A stretch of DNA of 64,000 nucleotides from Callorhinchus milii (GCF_018977255.1 NW_024704743.1:2420001-2484000); one strand, 5' to 3'. Shown: positions 13,781 to 25,892, counted from the stretch's first letter. Numbers and translations: made by a program. Notes: generated from the sequence alone by a model not told the origin.

Positions 13781-13847
13781 CTAAGGTTCTTGACATAACG
13801 GGCAATGCAGAACTAAGGACTAGGATTGACACACAATTTCCAATAAT
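13781..13847 (-). CDS. LMBR1: LMBR1 exon 15 (67 nt): IIGNCVSILVLSSALPVMSRTL
   Basis: caacag|ATTATT...CTTAG|gtaagt. Confidence 0.97.
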
Positions 13848-15081
13848 CTGTTGAAAAAGAACAAAACTCATCTCAGTCGAATATCCTTTCTTAGTCAGGC
13901 AACAAATACAATGCCTACTCTGAGACTGTTAGAACAAAAAGAGCTTTTATTATGACAGCATGCAGCACTCTTTTTACAAAGGCATTATCTTAAATCAGAA
14001 CTGGAAGTCTTGATTTTTTTAAAAAAATATGTAATTATGGCAGTATATCCTCAATTTTAGGGAGGGGGTCCTTTCAATAGTGTCATCCTGGGTCAGGACT
14101 CGTCAAATGATGTAACAAGATGATCGTGTTTGACATCGAACATACACTGAGGGAAACAAAGTGGGCTTGCAGGAAAGGTTTCGCCCACCAAATATAATCA
14201 ATTCACTTTACAGTGTATCCTGTGAAGCGCTTTGAGACGTCTTGAAGACGTGATAAGGCGCTGTATCAAATGCCGGGATTATTATTAGATCCTGCCAAAT
14301 AGACAGCAGTGAACACCTCCTCTCAGAAAGTAAATAAAAAGCCTTTTTAGCAATTGTCTCCTTTTTCATTTTACACATCAGTGTGAACAATTTGATGAGG
14401 ATTCCTAGTCAGATCAGCTGTTGGATTTTGCTATGAGGTAAAGCAAAACACCGATGTGTTTGCACTTTCATATTTAAGAACTGTGCGATTAATGTCCACC
14501 CTTCACCTAATCTACTAACAACGCCTTAAAAATGTTTTTCAATGGATAGCTTCTATTTAAAAGATAGGAAAAAAAGGATTCTAGTGATGCTCAGTCTAGC
14601 AACTGTCTTAAATCTCTAATGTATATAGACAAATGGCACCATCTGCCTCTGTGACTATTTTTGATGTTTCAGATCTCAGTGCCGTGCTTTGAAGAGCGAG
14701 TTTCTGTGGACACTCTTAAGTAAACTGAATTCTATGGCTTACACTTTAGCATTAGAGGTACAATTAGCTCAATTAAAGTTACTCATTAGCAGATGTTTCC
14801 TTTGAAGAAAAGTCCTTTCACTGGATTTCTATAGCTGGTTAACAAGCCTTTCCATCCCAAGCTATTTACAAGTGAATGGAAACCATCCAAACCAAATAGA
14901 GAACATCCTTTTTCTACACAGCTGAGTTTTATGAAAATCTTCCAGTTTGTGTTGACGCAGGATGCAAACAAATATTGATCGTTGCAAATGAGCCATTAAA
15001 GGCAATTACTGAAGAAAACGGCCAGCTGTCTGAGTGCCAGAGAGGAGCCATAATACACATCATCACCTCAGCTTACCCTAC

Positions 15082-15172
15082 CTTAGGCATTGCTGTGTCG
15101 TCTTTCGTGGGAGTGAGGCCAGCAAAGAATCGGAGGCTATAGAAACCGACGACAGAGGACACCATCAGATAG
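15082..15172 (-). CDS. LMBR1: LMBR1 exon 14 (91 nt): YLMVSSVVGFYSLRFFAGLTPTKDDTAMPK
   Basis: ctcacag|CTATCTG...CCTAAG|gtaggg. Contains the YLMVSSVVGFYSL signature. Confidence 0.96.
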
Positions 15173-15427
15173 CTGTGAGAATGAAGGGAAAGAACTTCCA
15201 CAGGGTGAGGAATGCGAGCATTTCATTCCTATCCTCAGCCATCTCCTTCAGTGCCTTAAATAAAACTTGCGAAACAACAAAGAGCTCCTCTCAAGTGTCT
15301 CTGTAGTGACATGGCCCAGGCTATCACCGCTGTTTTTCTAGGTCTAACTCTTAGAAAAATACCACTGTCCCAGAAAACAGTTTATAATACTTGTTAACAG
15401 ACGGCACTGGAGAGAAAAAAAGGATAC
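15173..15427 (-). other. LMBR1: U12-type (minor spliceosome) GT-AG intron 13 of LMBR1
   Basis: 5' splice site GTATCCTTT (15427-15419) is the U12 consensus RTATCCTTT. Candidate branch site TTCCCTTCAT lies about 10 nt before the AG. Confidence 0.8.
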
Positions 15428-15501
15428 AAAATCAGGATGATTTCAATCGCAGCCCCAACAAAACCAAAGGCAGACAGCGAGGCCTTGCCAAGGCCGAGTT
15501 C
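15428..15501 (-). CDS. LMBR1: LMBR1 exon 13 (74 nt): ELGLGKASLSAFGFVGAAIEIILIF
   Basis: tttcag|GAACTC...GATTTT|gtatcctttt. Contains the FGFVGAAxEIILIF motif. Confidence 0.96.
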
Positions 15502-15561
15502 CTGAAAGGGGGGGAAAAAAAAGTAGTGTGAAGTTTCTCTCCCATGAAACTAACCTCTTGC

Positions 15562-15637
15562 AGACACACACACACAGACACACACAGACGCAGACACACA
15601 CACAAACAGAGACACACACACAGAGACACACACAGCA
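15562..15637. repeat. Compound (CA)n/(GACA) microsatellite
   Basis: Directly visible. Confidence 0.9.
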
Positions 15638-17028
15638 CATATTATTTACCCCACATGTGCGTGTATGCATTTTAAACCAAGGCTACTTTTTTTTCTTAAC
15701 GATACAAATCTTATATTTTATAAATATGGATAACAACGGCAGGAGTTGGCGTATATTTAAAATTTGATTTAAACAACGCATCCTTCATTTTACAGGTTTT
15801 AAGAAGGTTCCCACCACAATATTCAAATCAAGGTAATGAGTTCCTACGGAAGAGATTTTTGGTTTTGTTTCAAACTTCAATACGTTTAAAAACTCCCAAG
15901 AATCTGAATATTTTTTCTTTCCTTCGAGCTCAGGATTTTAACAAATGTTCCTGACACAAACCATAGAAAAAGGATCGAGAAATATTATAATAACAAAATT
16001 AAACAGAACTTCTTAAAGAGCTGAAACTGATAATCGACCACGTCTGGTATCAAAGTCAACAACCCACTTTAAGAAAATGTTTCAAAAAACAATGTCATGA
16101 CCATGTTATACAAGTTAGCTGGATAGAAAAAAAAGGCACTTAATATTTAAGAATCAACTAATCTCCAGTCTCAGTTAAGGCATGACATAATGAAATTGAT
16201 GAAAAAAAGACCTCATACGTGAAATGAGGAATACAGTTCAAACAGAAAATGCAAGTTTTCACTGAGTAGCTTTGCTGAAGTTGCATTCAAAATGTTATTC
16301 CCTTGGAAATAAGCAAACGAAACGAATCCAAACCTACAAAGGTTGCTATGTGTTGGCCCGTGAACATCAAAAGCTCATCTTGGATACAGAAATTCTTGTA
16401 CATTATTTTTATAGCTTACCACAACATAAGATCAGAAAGTTCACAGATCACAAAGTTATGATTAAAGTCAGATCAGTAGTTTTTTTACATTAATTACATG
16501 AGTCCATTTTGCCAAAAGGTTGATCTGATTTGGGGGGGTGGGAGCAGTAGGGTGGGGTGGGATGGTGCCAAGTAGCTTGTGAAATGAATATCTCCTACAA
16601 AGAGAAACAGCCAAAGCCATCAAAATGAATCCATTACATTAAAATGATATGGTTACCCCTTTAAGCACTACATTGCTACCGTGGCTTTAATGAAAGTGTG
16701 AAAGATTATCAGGCTGAGACTGTAGGAGGCTTTCCCAAAACTCGATCAGGGTCGTGAAAAACATTTATTCGTCCTTTCCACCTAAGCCAGATGCGTCTAC
16801 AGCACTTGAAGGCCCTGCTAATGACAGAGCAACAAGCCTGGCTTCAGCGTGTGTGACTGGGGGGTGGTGATGGGGGGGGGAACTAGTGACAAGGAGGAGA
16901 GATTCTTCCCAATCAGTTTCTGGCAGGGCAGTCCTAACTGCACCAACAGCAAGACGTTTCCCAGACAGTGACAATTGTAAACTTGGCAGTTTTTAGCTGG
17001 TTAAACTCCAGCAATACCCCAATGGTCG

Positions 17029-17395
17029 TGGAGTCCTGTAGCTCAGGGGTTAGAGCACTCGCCTCGCAAGTGAGAGGACCCGGGTTCGATTCCCGGGCAG
17101 GACAAAACATTGGGTAAGTTTCCTTACTCCACACACACGCCTCCGTTTACCAGCAGTAAGTAGGAACCTGGTTGTTAGTCGATTGGCGGATCGCTTTTCC
17201 GGGGGTAATCATCCCTTCAATATAAATAATTGGGTCACTCAATCCACGACTGTTTGTGGGGACGCTGCTGTGCACAATTGGCTGCTGAGTTTCACCCACA
17301 AAAATATAGTCAATTCACTTTACAGTGTATCCTGTGAAGCGCTTTGAGACGTTTCGAAGACCTGATAAGGTGCCGTATCAAATGCAAGCATTATA
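17029..17395 (+). mobile_element. Near full-length copy of the dominant tRNA-derived SINE (about 35 copies or fragments in the window)
   Basis: tRNA-like head with A box (TAGCTCAGGGG) and B box (GGTTCGATTCC), a body, and an L2-type tail ending in TGCAAG-(ATT)n. The same sequence recurs throughout the window. Confidence 0.93.
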
Positions 17396-18719
17396 GTGAT
17401 GGGTTTCATCATGAAAGTGTGTCCCAGATGAGTCAGCAGCTTCAGAGGTGGAGGGGAAAGTATTAAGGTGGGTGGGGGCAAGTGACGAAAAGACAAAGTA
17501 AATTAATGAATAAAATAACAAAACTACAAAGGGGACACATCAACATTCACAATCATCGTATTATAATAATCCTTACATTTGATATAGCGCCTTATCAAGT
17601 TGTGGAGACGTCTCAAAGCGCTTTACAGATTATACTGTAAAGTGAATTGATTGTGTATTTTGTGGGTGAAATATGATCAACGGCAGTTTTTTTTGGAGGA
17701 GATAGGTGGAAGAGATTAAAAAGGAATAGTTATAGATGAAAGCTGGAATGAATATGTGGAAATATTTACTGGGAACCTGCTGTGAACTGCGGTGGCTATT
17801 TACTACTTCAGGAACAAAAAGAGGTATTTACACCTTGCAATACATCACAGCAACAAATTCAATACACTTCATGCTGCAACAACCACCAAAAGAAGCTGCA
17901 GAGTAAGATCTTATAGAACTGTTTTGATGCCTGTGCATGACTGCGCAAAGTTTATTATCAGAAAACATTTGGCGTTCAATAGAGTCTGTATTTTGATCAG
18001 CTGTAATTTTGCATTTCTCAAATCCCTTTTATGTTTCTATACAGTACGCTTCAACTCACTTCACTTTACAGTATATTCTAAAAACAGATGAAGTGTTAAT
18101 CTACCTTTTTAAAATCACGTACCGTTTTGTGTGTCGGGGGGGGGGGGGGCGGCCGTGAAGAATAGCACAAAGAAAAATTAAGGTCAGGGAACTGTTGAGG
18201 CAAAAGGCAAATCTCTCAAGATTTAACGGCACTTTTTGGGGATTGGAATGACGAGTCAAGATGTTTTGTGGCAAACTAATTCTTCACAAAGATCAGAGAA
18301 TCCACACATTTCAGCAGTCGTTTAATATAAGGGAGGAGGGGGAGTGAGAGCCCACGTGTTTCTTGAAGCACCTTTAACTTTGGAACAGAATTGTTAGGGC
18401 TGATGAATAGATAGCATTCCTTTATGTAACACTGCAGTACAATTCTTTTGACTGGCGTTTACCTACAATTCCTTGAACTTTGCAAGAATGCTTAACTACG
18501 TGGAAAAGAATGTTGTGTAGATTAAACTTCTAAGACTCGCTTAAATACAGTAGTCCCAGTGAATGTAAACACTACCGAACAATGGGTACCAAGGTGTGAA
18601 TGATAAAGCTGGAACTTAATCAAGAGTTGAAGGGAACCACACAAAGTTCAAGGACTGGCCAGTTTCGGGGCATTAATGTAGTGGGCAGAAAGCCAGCCAG
18701 TCTAAACCACAAGCCAGAA

Positions 18720-19205
18720 GTCATCATACAATTTGACAGCACAGAAGGAGGCCATTCGGCCCATCGTGCCTGTGCCCGCTCTTTGATAGAGCTACCAACT
18801 AGTCCCACTCCCCCAGTCTTACCCCATATCTTTGCAATTTTTTCCTTTTCAAGTACTTATCCAATTCCCTTTCGAAAGCTACCATCAAATCTGTTTCCAG
18901 ACTGTAACAACTCTCTGGGTAAAAAATTATCCTAGTCTCCCCTCTAGGTTCTTTTACCAATTATCTTAAATCTGTGTCCTCTGGTTACCGACCCACCTAT
19001 CCGCCAGAAGAAAGTTTCTCCCTATCTACTCTATCAAAACCCCTAGTCTTGTCAGATAGCTAAAGTCCCTCATCCCTGGTACCAATCTGGTAAATCTCCC
19101 CTGTTCCCTCTCCAAGGACCTGACATACTTCCTGGAGTGTGCTGCCCAGATTTGGACACAAGGCTCCAGCTGAGGCCTAACCAGTGATTTCTAAAGGTTT
19201 AGCAG
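18720..19205 (-). mobile_element. CR1-type LINE 3' fragment
   Basis: ACAGCACAGAAGGAGGCCATTCGGCCCATC tail plus GGACACAAGGCTCCAGCTGAGGCCTAACCAG (LVRPQLE..V..W on the minus strand). Similar tails occur at about 28815-28950 and 31055-31095. Confidence 0.8.
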
Positions 19206-19393
19206 ACGTTCCACAACTTAACTGTGATGTTGGCAGCAACCCACTGCCCCACAAGCAGGACCAGGGGCCACATGTTTTTGCAGACTCCATGATAACACTG
19301 TGTCTAATTTTATGGACCTAAAGTGATGCACAAATACAATACTTCCATTTTACACAGCCCAGTTTCAAAGGAGACTGTGGGACAAAGCATTAC

Positions 19394-19471
19394 CTGTGAT
19401 CCTTTTGGCATTGCAGTTTCATCGAGCAGCAAAGCCAGTATATTGAAAGTAACCAACAGGACAGAGATGGT
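19394..19471 (-). CDS. LMBR1: LMBR1 exon 12 (78 nt): TISVLLVTFNILALLLDETAMPKGSQ
   Basis: ttgcag|ACCATC...TCACAG|gtaatg. Contains the DETAMPKG motif. Confidence 0.97.
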
Positions 19472-20306
19472 CTGCAAAACATTTTCAGATGTTACACAGT
19501 GAGTAACTTTGATAAATCTCACCCCTCCATGGACAATTTAGAACAAAACAAAAGCACAACTTACAACATATTGACAAGTTACATGTATATTTGGCAACAG
19601 GGATAAAATGTGAGCTTTAATTATCTGCAATTCAAATTGGTGGAGAGCGAGCGAGTTACAGGCTGATTGATGCATCGCTTCGCTAAGCTGATGTTGAAGA
19701 CAAGATGGGGCCTTGTGACTTTCTTTTATGTTGATAGTTTCTACTAATAGCGGTTAACATCAATTAATCTTGGCCAGCTAGCAATAAGTGAAGTAGTAAC
19801 AAGCGCTCTGAGACTCTGCCCTGGGTGAGGGACGCGATACAAATGGAAGTCGTCGTTGATTTTATAATTCCTTTTTTTTTCTTATTTTAAAAATAAAATA
19901 AAAAGGGAACAACTGAAACCATAAAATAATTCCGTAGGGATTGTAGAGACCAGAAACATCCCGACTGCGTTCAACAGCACCTCACAAGGTTGGAGGCAAG
20001 GAACTGAATCCTCATCCTATCTGCCACCAGGGCTCTGACCAGAACAGTGACTTTTAAAACTTCAAAAAGCCACTCTTGACACAAAGCTCAATCGATCTTA
20101 GTTTTAAATGGGATGTGTCCTCCTAACTTGAACGGCACGATAAGAATGTAATTTGTTGTTCTTAAATGACTATTCGGCGCTCAACAAACTTTGGAAAGGA
20201 CGACATTTTCTGCGATAATGCAAGATTTGTGTAAGGAAGTTCCCAAATTATCATACGTTGTCGTCGACAGCCACATTCCCACAAGCTGAGGTCATGAAAT
20301 GCTCAC

Positions 20307-20383
20307 CGTGCCAGACAGCAGGATTAACATGACAACGGGATAGACCAAATTTCTTTCCCACGCAGAGGCATTCTTTCGCCGCT
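20307..20383 (-). CDS. LMBR1: LMBR1 exon 11 (77 nt): ERRKNASAWERNLVYPVVMLILLSGT
   Basis: tttcag|AGCGGCG...GGCACG|gtgagc. Contains the ASAWERNLVYP signature. Confidence 0.97.
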
Positions 20384-21039
20384 CTGAAAGAAGAAATAAA
20401 GGTATAAAATTGGATGAATTAAGACTCTTCTCGAGACTTCTGAGAGATGAAAAGAGCCGAGTGTGAACCACTAAAGCATCAAAAGTAGATGCGATGGCTC
20501 GTTCAGGTGCTCCTCCAAGCGCTATTATAAGTTGACACTGAATACCTTCAAAAGAAAGACAGTGGTCTTCCTCTTTCATCAAAGTCTGTCCCAGCGACAC
20601 TTACACTTTCCTGCAAACGGTTTTGCAAGTTAATGACCCCCACCGGTCCTTTCCCCCCTCCCCTCCAGGCTTCCACCTGTCCCTCCCTCCACACTCTTAA
20701 CCCAGTCCCTTCTTCATCCCTCTCATTTCCTGGATCAAACTTGTTCCTCAACCCCATCTTTACCCCTCTCTACCTGACCTTCCAGCTCCAACTCCTTGGC
20801 CCCAAGCTAACGGGCATTATAAACCTATCTCCATCCACTAGCGTTGTTTTTACCCCTTTCAAAACAACATCAATATTTGGTCACTCAGTCCCCAACTGTT
20901 TGTGGGACACTGCTCTGCGCAATTGGCTGCCGCGACAAACTCTATCTGTCCAGCGCCTTGGGACGTCCTCCCGACGTGAAAGATGGTTTACAAATGTCAT
21001 TTTGTTGATGTTTTGTCATTGCAAGCTTTGCCTGCATGG

Positions 21040-22595
21040 CCCCTCCAGTCTGGCTTCCACCCTGCCCACAGCACTGAGACTGCCCACAGCCCTGAGACTG
21101 CCCACAGCACTGCCCACAGCACTGAGACTGCCCACAGCACTGCCCACAGCACTGAGACTGCCCACAGCCCTGAAACTGCCCACAGCCCTGAAACTGCCCA
21201 CAGCCCTGAGACTGCCCACAGCACTGAGACTGCCCACAGCCCTGAAACTGCCCACAGTCCTGAGACTGCCCACAGCACTGCCCACTGCCCACAGCCCTGA
21301 GACTGCCCACAGCACTGCCCACAGCCCTGAGACTGCCCACAGCCCTGAGACTGCCCACAGCACTGCCCACAGCCCTGAGACTGCCCACAGCACTGAGACT
21401 GCCCACAGCACTGAGACTGCCCACAGCCCTGAAACTGCCCACAGCCCTGAAACTGCCCACAGCCCTGAAACTGCCCACAGCCCTGAGACTGCCCACAGCC
21501 CTGAGACTGCCCACGGCACTGCCCACAGCCCTGAGACTGCCCACAGCACTGAGACTGCCCACAGCCCTGAGACTGCCCACAGCCCTGAGACTGCCCACAG
21601 CCCTGAAACTGCCCAAAGCCCTGAGACTGCCCACAGCCCTAAGACTGCCCACAGCCCTGAGACTGTCCACAGCCCTGAGACTGCCCACAGCACTGCCCAC
21701 AGCCCTGAGACTGCCCACAGCCCTGAGACTGCCCACAGCCCTGAGACTGCCCACAGCCCTGAGACTGCCCACAGCCCTGAGACTGCCCACAGCCCTGAGA
21801 CTGCCCACAGCCCTGAGACTGCCCACAGCCCTGAGACTGCCCACAGCCCTGAGACTGCCCACAGCACTGCCCACAGCCCTGAGACTGCCCTGCTGATGGT
21901 GAAAGTCACTAATAACATTATCGTCATCTGTGCAGGTTATTCCTGCCTCCTCCTCCTTCTGGATCTATCTGCCGCCTTTGACACTCTTGATCACACTGCC
22001 TTCTCTACCGCCTCTCCTCTCAGCTCCACCTCCATGCTCTGTCCTCTCCTGGCTCCATTCTCATCTACCCCAACATCTTCAATCCATCTCTTTCAACAGC
22101 TTCTCCTCCCACCCCACACCGTCACGTGCTCTATCCCTGGTTCGCTCCTGTTTAATATCTACAGGCTCCCGCTTTCCAATGTCATCTGCCATCATAGGCT
22201 TAGCTTTCACATGAATGCGGATGTATCGTTCTGCCTCCACCCTCGATTCCAGCAACACTGCTGTTTGACTGATTGCCTGTCAGACATCCAAGTCCTGAGC
22301 TCTAACTTTCTGGAGCTGAATGTTGACAAGACAGGCTCTCTCTCTCTCCTGTTTGGCTCCCGTCAGCACCTTCTCACTCAGCCACTGCCAGCATCAATCC
22401 ACGCAGTTGCACACTCACCTCACGGAGCCAATCCAGAAATTAGATGTCTTGTTCGACTCCAAACTGTTCTTTACACCTCACATTTGCACTCTGACCCACT
22501 CAGCTTTCCTTCCCATCACCGCAACATTACCCACCTCCGTCACTACTTCTCCCTCTGGACTGTCAGGACCCTAATCCACACGTTCATCATGTCAC
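21040..22595 (+). mobile_element. Decayed L2 LINE reverse-transcriptase fragment hosting the minisatellite
   Basis: Translations include PLQSGFHPAHSTETA..LLMVKVTNN, LLLLLDLSAAFDTLDH, LLFNIY, CLSDIQ..SSNFLELNVDKT. These are typical L2 ORF2 motifs, with lesions. Confidence 0.9.
21062..21890. repeat. Minisatellite: 18-bp unit CTGCCCACAGC(C/A)CTGA(G/A)A interspersed with 12-bp unit CTGCCCACAGCA
   Basis: Directly visible tandem array of about 830 bp. Confidence 0.98.
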
Positions 22596-23324
22596 TTTAA
22601 AGACCTGAATCAGGTTTCCCCAATATTCTTTTCCACACTAAAAAGCTGTTCAGCTCCAGAAGTAGGTCTTCCTCATAATTCTTCCTGTCAACTGTGCCAG
22701 TTTCTAGATGTATTCCGCCCTCCACCACCTGTACTATGTCACCCCAGAGATGCCAGGAATGACTTCATTTGTCTCTCAAGTCTCTAATTTTCCAACCAAC
22801 TTGCTTGTCCATCCAGGATTATAGCAATACTAACTTGTTACAGATAAGAACACACTCGTTAAGCTCAAGCAGCTTAGTTTCTTGTAGATTTTTACACTTT
22901 CGCATATGACTCTAAATGTTGCTGCAACTGTGTACATTCGGGTACAAAACTCTGGGCTTGTCCAACTGCACCCCCTTCCTGCTGTTGCATACGTTTGAAT
23001 GTGTACATTGTGCATTTGCTGTATTGTAATCTCTTTCTAAGCTCAAAATGCCTTCTTTCAAGTACACGTTTCCTCTGAATCAAGAAAGAATTTCAGACCA
23101 GATCTCTATTTGGAGTTCTGCCAATGGCAAGTGAATGAATGCCTTCGAGTCAGATTGGTCTTGGCAGTTGTTATAGGATGCGTTTGAGAATTTGGTATCA
23201 TTATTTTTGAGGCTGACAATTCCTTGACTTGCCCTAACCCTAACAATGCCTTTTACTTTTATTCTTACTTTACTTTTGTTCTCATTGGATTATGTGCTAC
23301 TTTCATTCCCTTCATGACAGGCAT

Positions 23325-23600
23325 CACAAACAACAGTAAATTTGTATAACGCCTTTCATGTCAGGAGGCCTTGTGTCCCAAGGCGCTGGACAGTCAGGGA
23401 TTTAGACCTGAGCAGGGGGTTAGGATCAGGAGGGGTGGAGGGCAGGGAGAGTAGGGATAGGAGAGTGACCGAAGACATGGTTGAAGACATGGGTCTTGAG
23501 ATGGGCTTAAAGGAGGCAGGGGAGGGGACGAGGTGGAGGGACTGTGGGATGGAGTTCCAAAGGGTGAGGGCAGAAAGGCTGAAGGTGGGGCAGGCCGGAC
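23325..23600 (-). mobile_element. L2 LINE 3' end
   Basis: Same tail family; LWNSIPQSL peptide. Confidence 0.85.
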
Positions 23601-23879
23601 CTTCAACAATGCCTTGTTTCAGAATAATTCTCAATCGAATTTTTCCAAAACACTCACACACACACACAATGCTTCAATAAAGTTTCAACAAGCTGTAGAA
23701 TTACTAATTCAGTTCCGGGCTCTATAAATACAAATGTAAAATTCACTGTTAAGTTTCTTTTTAAAATACTTTTGAGTTCAAAGATAAATAATTAAGGAAC
23801 CAGGAGAAAGCTTTGAGACACACAAGATTTGCATATGCAGTTGAAACGCATGAAAAATTAATTTACAGTAAGTTCATAC

Positions 23880-23966
23880 CCAGCTTCGACTTTACACCCC
23901 TCACACCATCCAATTCCTGTTCGAGCTCCTCTGGATTGTATTCGAAATAGGAAGTAATGTATGTTC
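23880..23966 (-). CDS. LMBR1: LMBR1 exon 10 (87 nt): GTYITSYFEYNPEELEQELDGVRGVKSKL
   Basis: ttccccccag|GAACA...GCTGG|gtatga. EYN..ELEQEL motif. The phase 1-1 exon keeps the frame between exons 9 and 11. Confidence 0.92.
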
Positions 23967-25424
23967 CTGGGGGGAAAAAGGAGCAGGAAAAGTCTCAAGT
24001 TTATCCATCAGGGTGTGAACAAAGGTGGACCATCAGTTATACAATGGGACCATTGTTATTATTATTATTATTAATGTTACTCCTGCCTAAGTTATCAACT
24101 ATCCCAACTGTACCCCGTGCTGCACTGAACCAGCCTCCCAGCTTAGAGATGTGATCAGATCAAGGAGAGAGTCGGGAAAGCAAGCAAAGCTTTGGAAGTG
24201 ACACAACACAAATAACTGTTGGGATTAACCATTGGCGTCAGATTACTTTTTGTAAAAAAAAGAGGGGATCTCCTAATTGCTTTCAGAAAGATAAGACATC
24301 TCAAAATTTTAGTCACAAAAATCCATCCAAGCACACCCTTATTACTGGTAAATAAAAAATAATATAATAATAATGGAAGCAGACAGCCATTGCTGGCCAG
24401 GGACATAAACACTGCAATGTCGACACGTATTGGATTCAGAACTGCCTAACTTCCAGCGCCTTGGGACGTCCTCCCGACGTGAAAGACGCTATACAAATGT
24501 AATTTTGTTGTTGTTGTTATTGTTGTACTCTATAAGCATAATAACCTTCATCTGCTTCAAAAAAATATCAATCATTTCCCAGCCTGCTCACCACATGAAT
24601 GTCAGGAGTGCAGTCAACCAACCCAAATCTGTAGACCTCGCTTGCTGGGGCTTGTTCAGATATTTATTGTGGGCTTGCAATTGAAACCACGGTACAGCTC
24701 ATTTAAAGTCACTTAACAGTTTAATTTTGTTATCTTTCCAGTTCTGAGACATAGATTCAGTTGCTCAAAGAAAAGCATCGGAGTGGCTAGATTGCTGATA
24801 CTAACCCCAGGCAGATCAACTGGCAGATCAACACCAATTAGTTCACTCCTAACACTGTAACTGGCATCAAATACAACAACCTTTCATCTACATTGAATAG
24901 GTAATGAAAATTAAATGTCTTTGATCAAATAAGTGTTTTTGATCCCACCACACCCAGTGCCTCTTGAACTTGAGAACTAATAGCTGTAGGCAAAAAAGTA
25001 GACGTCTATCATCCAGGATAAGTCACATTATATTCAACATATTGAACATACGTAGAAATCACCACAAATGCGATGTAAAAATATGTCAAATTATCAAAGC
25101 AAATAGCAGAACAAGTCACCACTGTACACGCATTGTTCTAGGTGAATAGAGAAGATCATAACTACTTTTTTTCATTATAGTAGTTTTCCTGTTATTTCCC
25201 TTTGCCTCCTCCCCCAGTTTAGCTCCTCACTCATCTTAATCCATCATCCAGTAACAGGAAGTAGGTGTGATGGACAGTGGCACACACTATAATTTCGGTC
25301 ATAATGCTCAGTTTAAGGAGGGAGGGAGAGTATTGCTCATCATAACCTAAGATGGACACAGTCAGGCCCTTCTTTACCTCCCACAATGTGATCAGGATAC
25401 ACAAACACAGTCTTCTGAGTTGAG

Positions 25425-25892
25425 ACATGGCTAAGAGTCAACCCTCTGTCAACAGTGGTTAAGAAACTGGTATACAGGTGCCCTGTAGCTCAGGGGTTAG
25501 AGCACTCGCCTTGCAAGCGAAAGACCTGGGTTCGATTCCCGGCAGGGCAAAATGTTGGGCAAGTTTCCTTACTCCCTACGCCTGTTTGCCAGCAGTCAGT
25601 AGGAACCCGGTTGTTAGTCGATGGGCGGATCGTTTTTCTGGAGTAATGATTACTTTAAAAAACAATTGGTCACTTCAATCCACAGCTGTTTGTGAGACGC
25701 TGCTGTGTGCAAGTGGCTACCGTGTTTCGCCCACAAAATGTATAATTCACTTTCAGTGCATTCCCTGAAGCGCCTTGAAGACGTAATAAGGAGCTATATC
25801 AAAAGCAAGGCTTATTATTATTATTATCCATCAGGTGCCGACAGACCAGTTTCTTGACCAATGTTGATAAGAGAGTTGACTCTTAGCCATGT
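25425..25892. mobile_element. MITE-like palindromic element with about 47-bp inverted arms (25425-25471 and 25845-25892), split by a SINE
   Basis: ACATGGCTAAGAGTCAACCCTCTGTCAACAGTGGTTAAGAAACTGGT is nearly the reverse complement of ACCAGTTTCTTGACCAATGTTGATAAGAGAGTTGACTCTTAGCCATGT. Confidence 0.75.
25481..25826 (+). mobile_element. Full-length SINE with 8-bp TSD CAGGTGCC (25475-25482 and 25832-25839)
   Basis: Head to (ATT)n tail, flanked by identical 8-mers. Confidence 0.92.

Noticed and set aside
17029..17100. tRNA gene (also at 25481, 48600, 51550, 61455)
   Set aside because: These are tRNA-derived SINE heads continuing into the SINE body, with no acceptor stem or Pol III terminator.
21062..21890. 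CRISPR-like array
   Set aside because: Contiguous tandem units with no unique spacers, in a vertebrate intron.
20633..22600. 655-aa ORF, and the 310-aa and 303-aa antisense ORFs, as a novel repeat protein gene
   Set aside because: They are an artefact of a stop-free 18/12-bp minisatellite joined to SINE and decayed L2 sequence. RT catalytic motifs are broken (no intact YADD).
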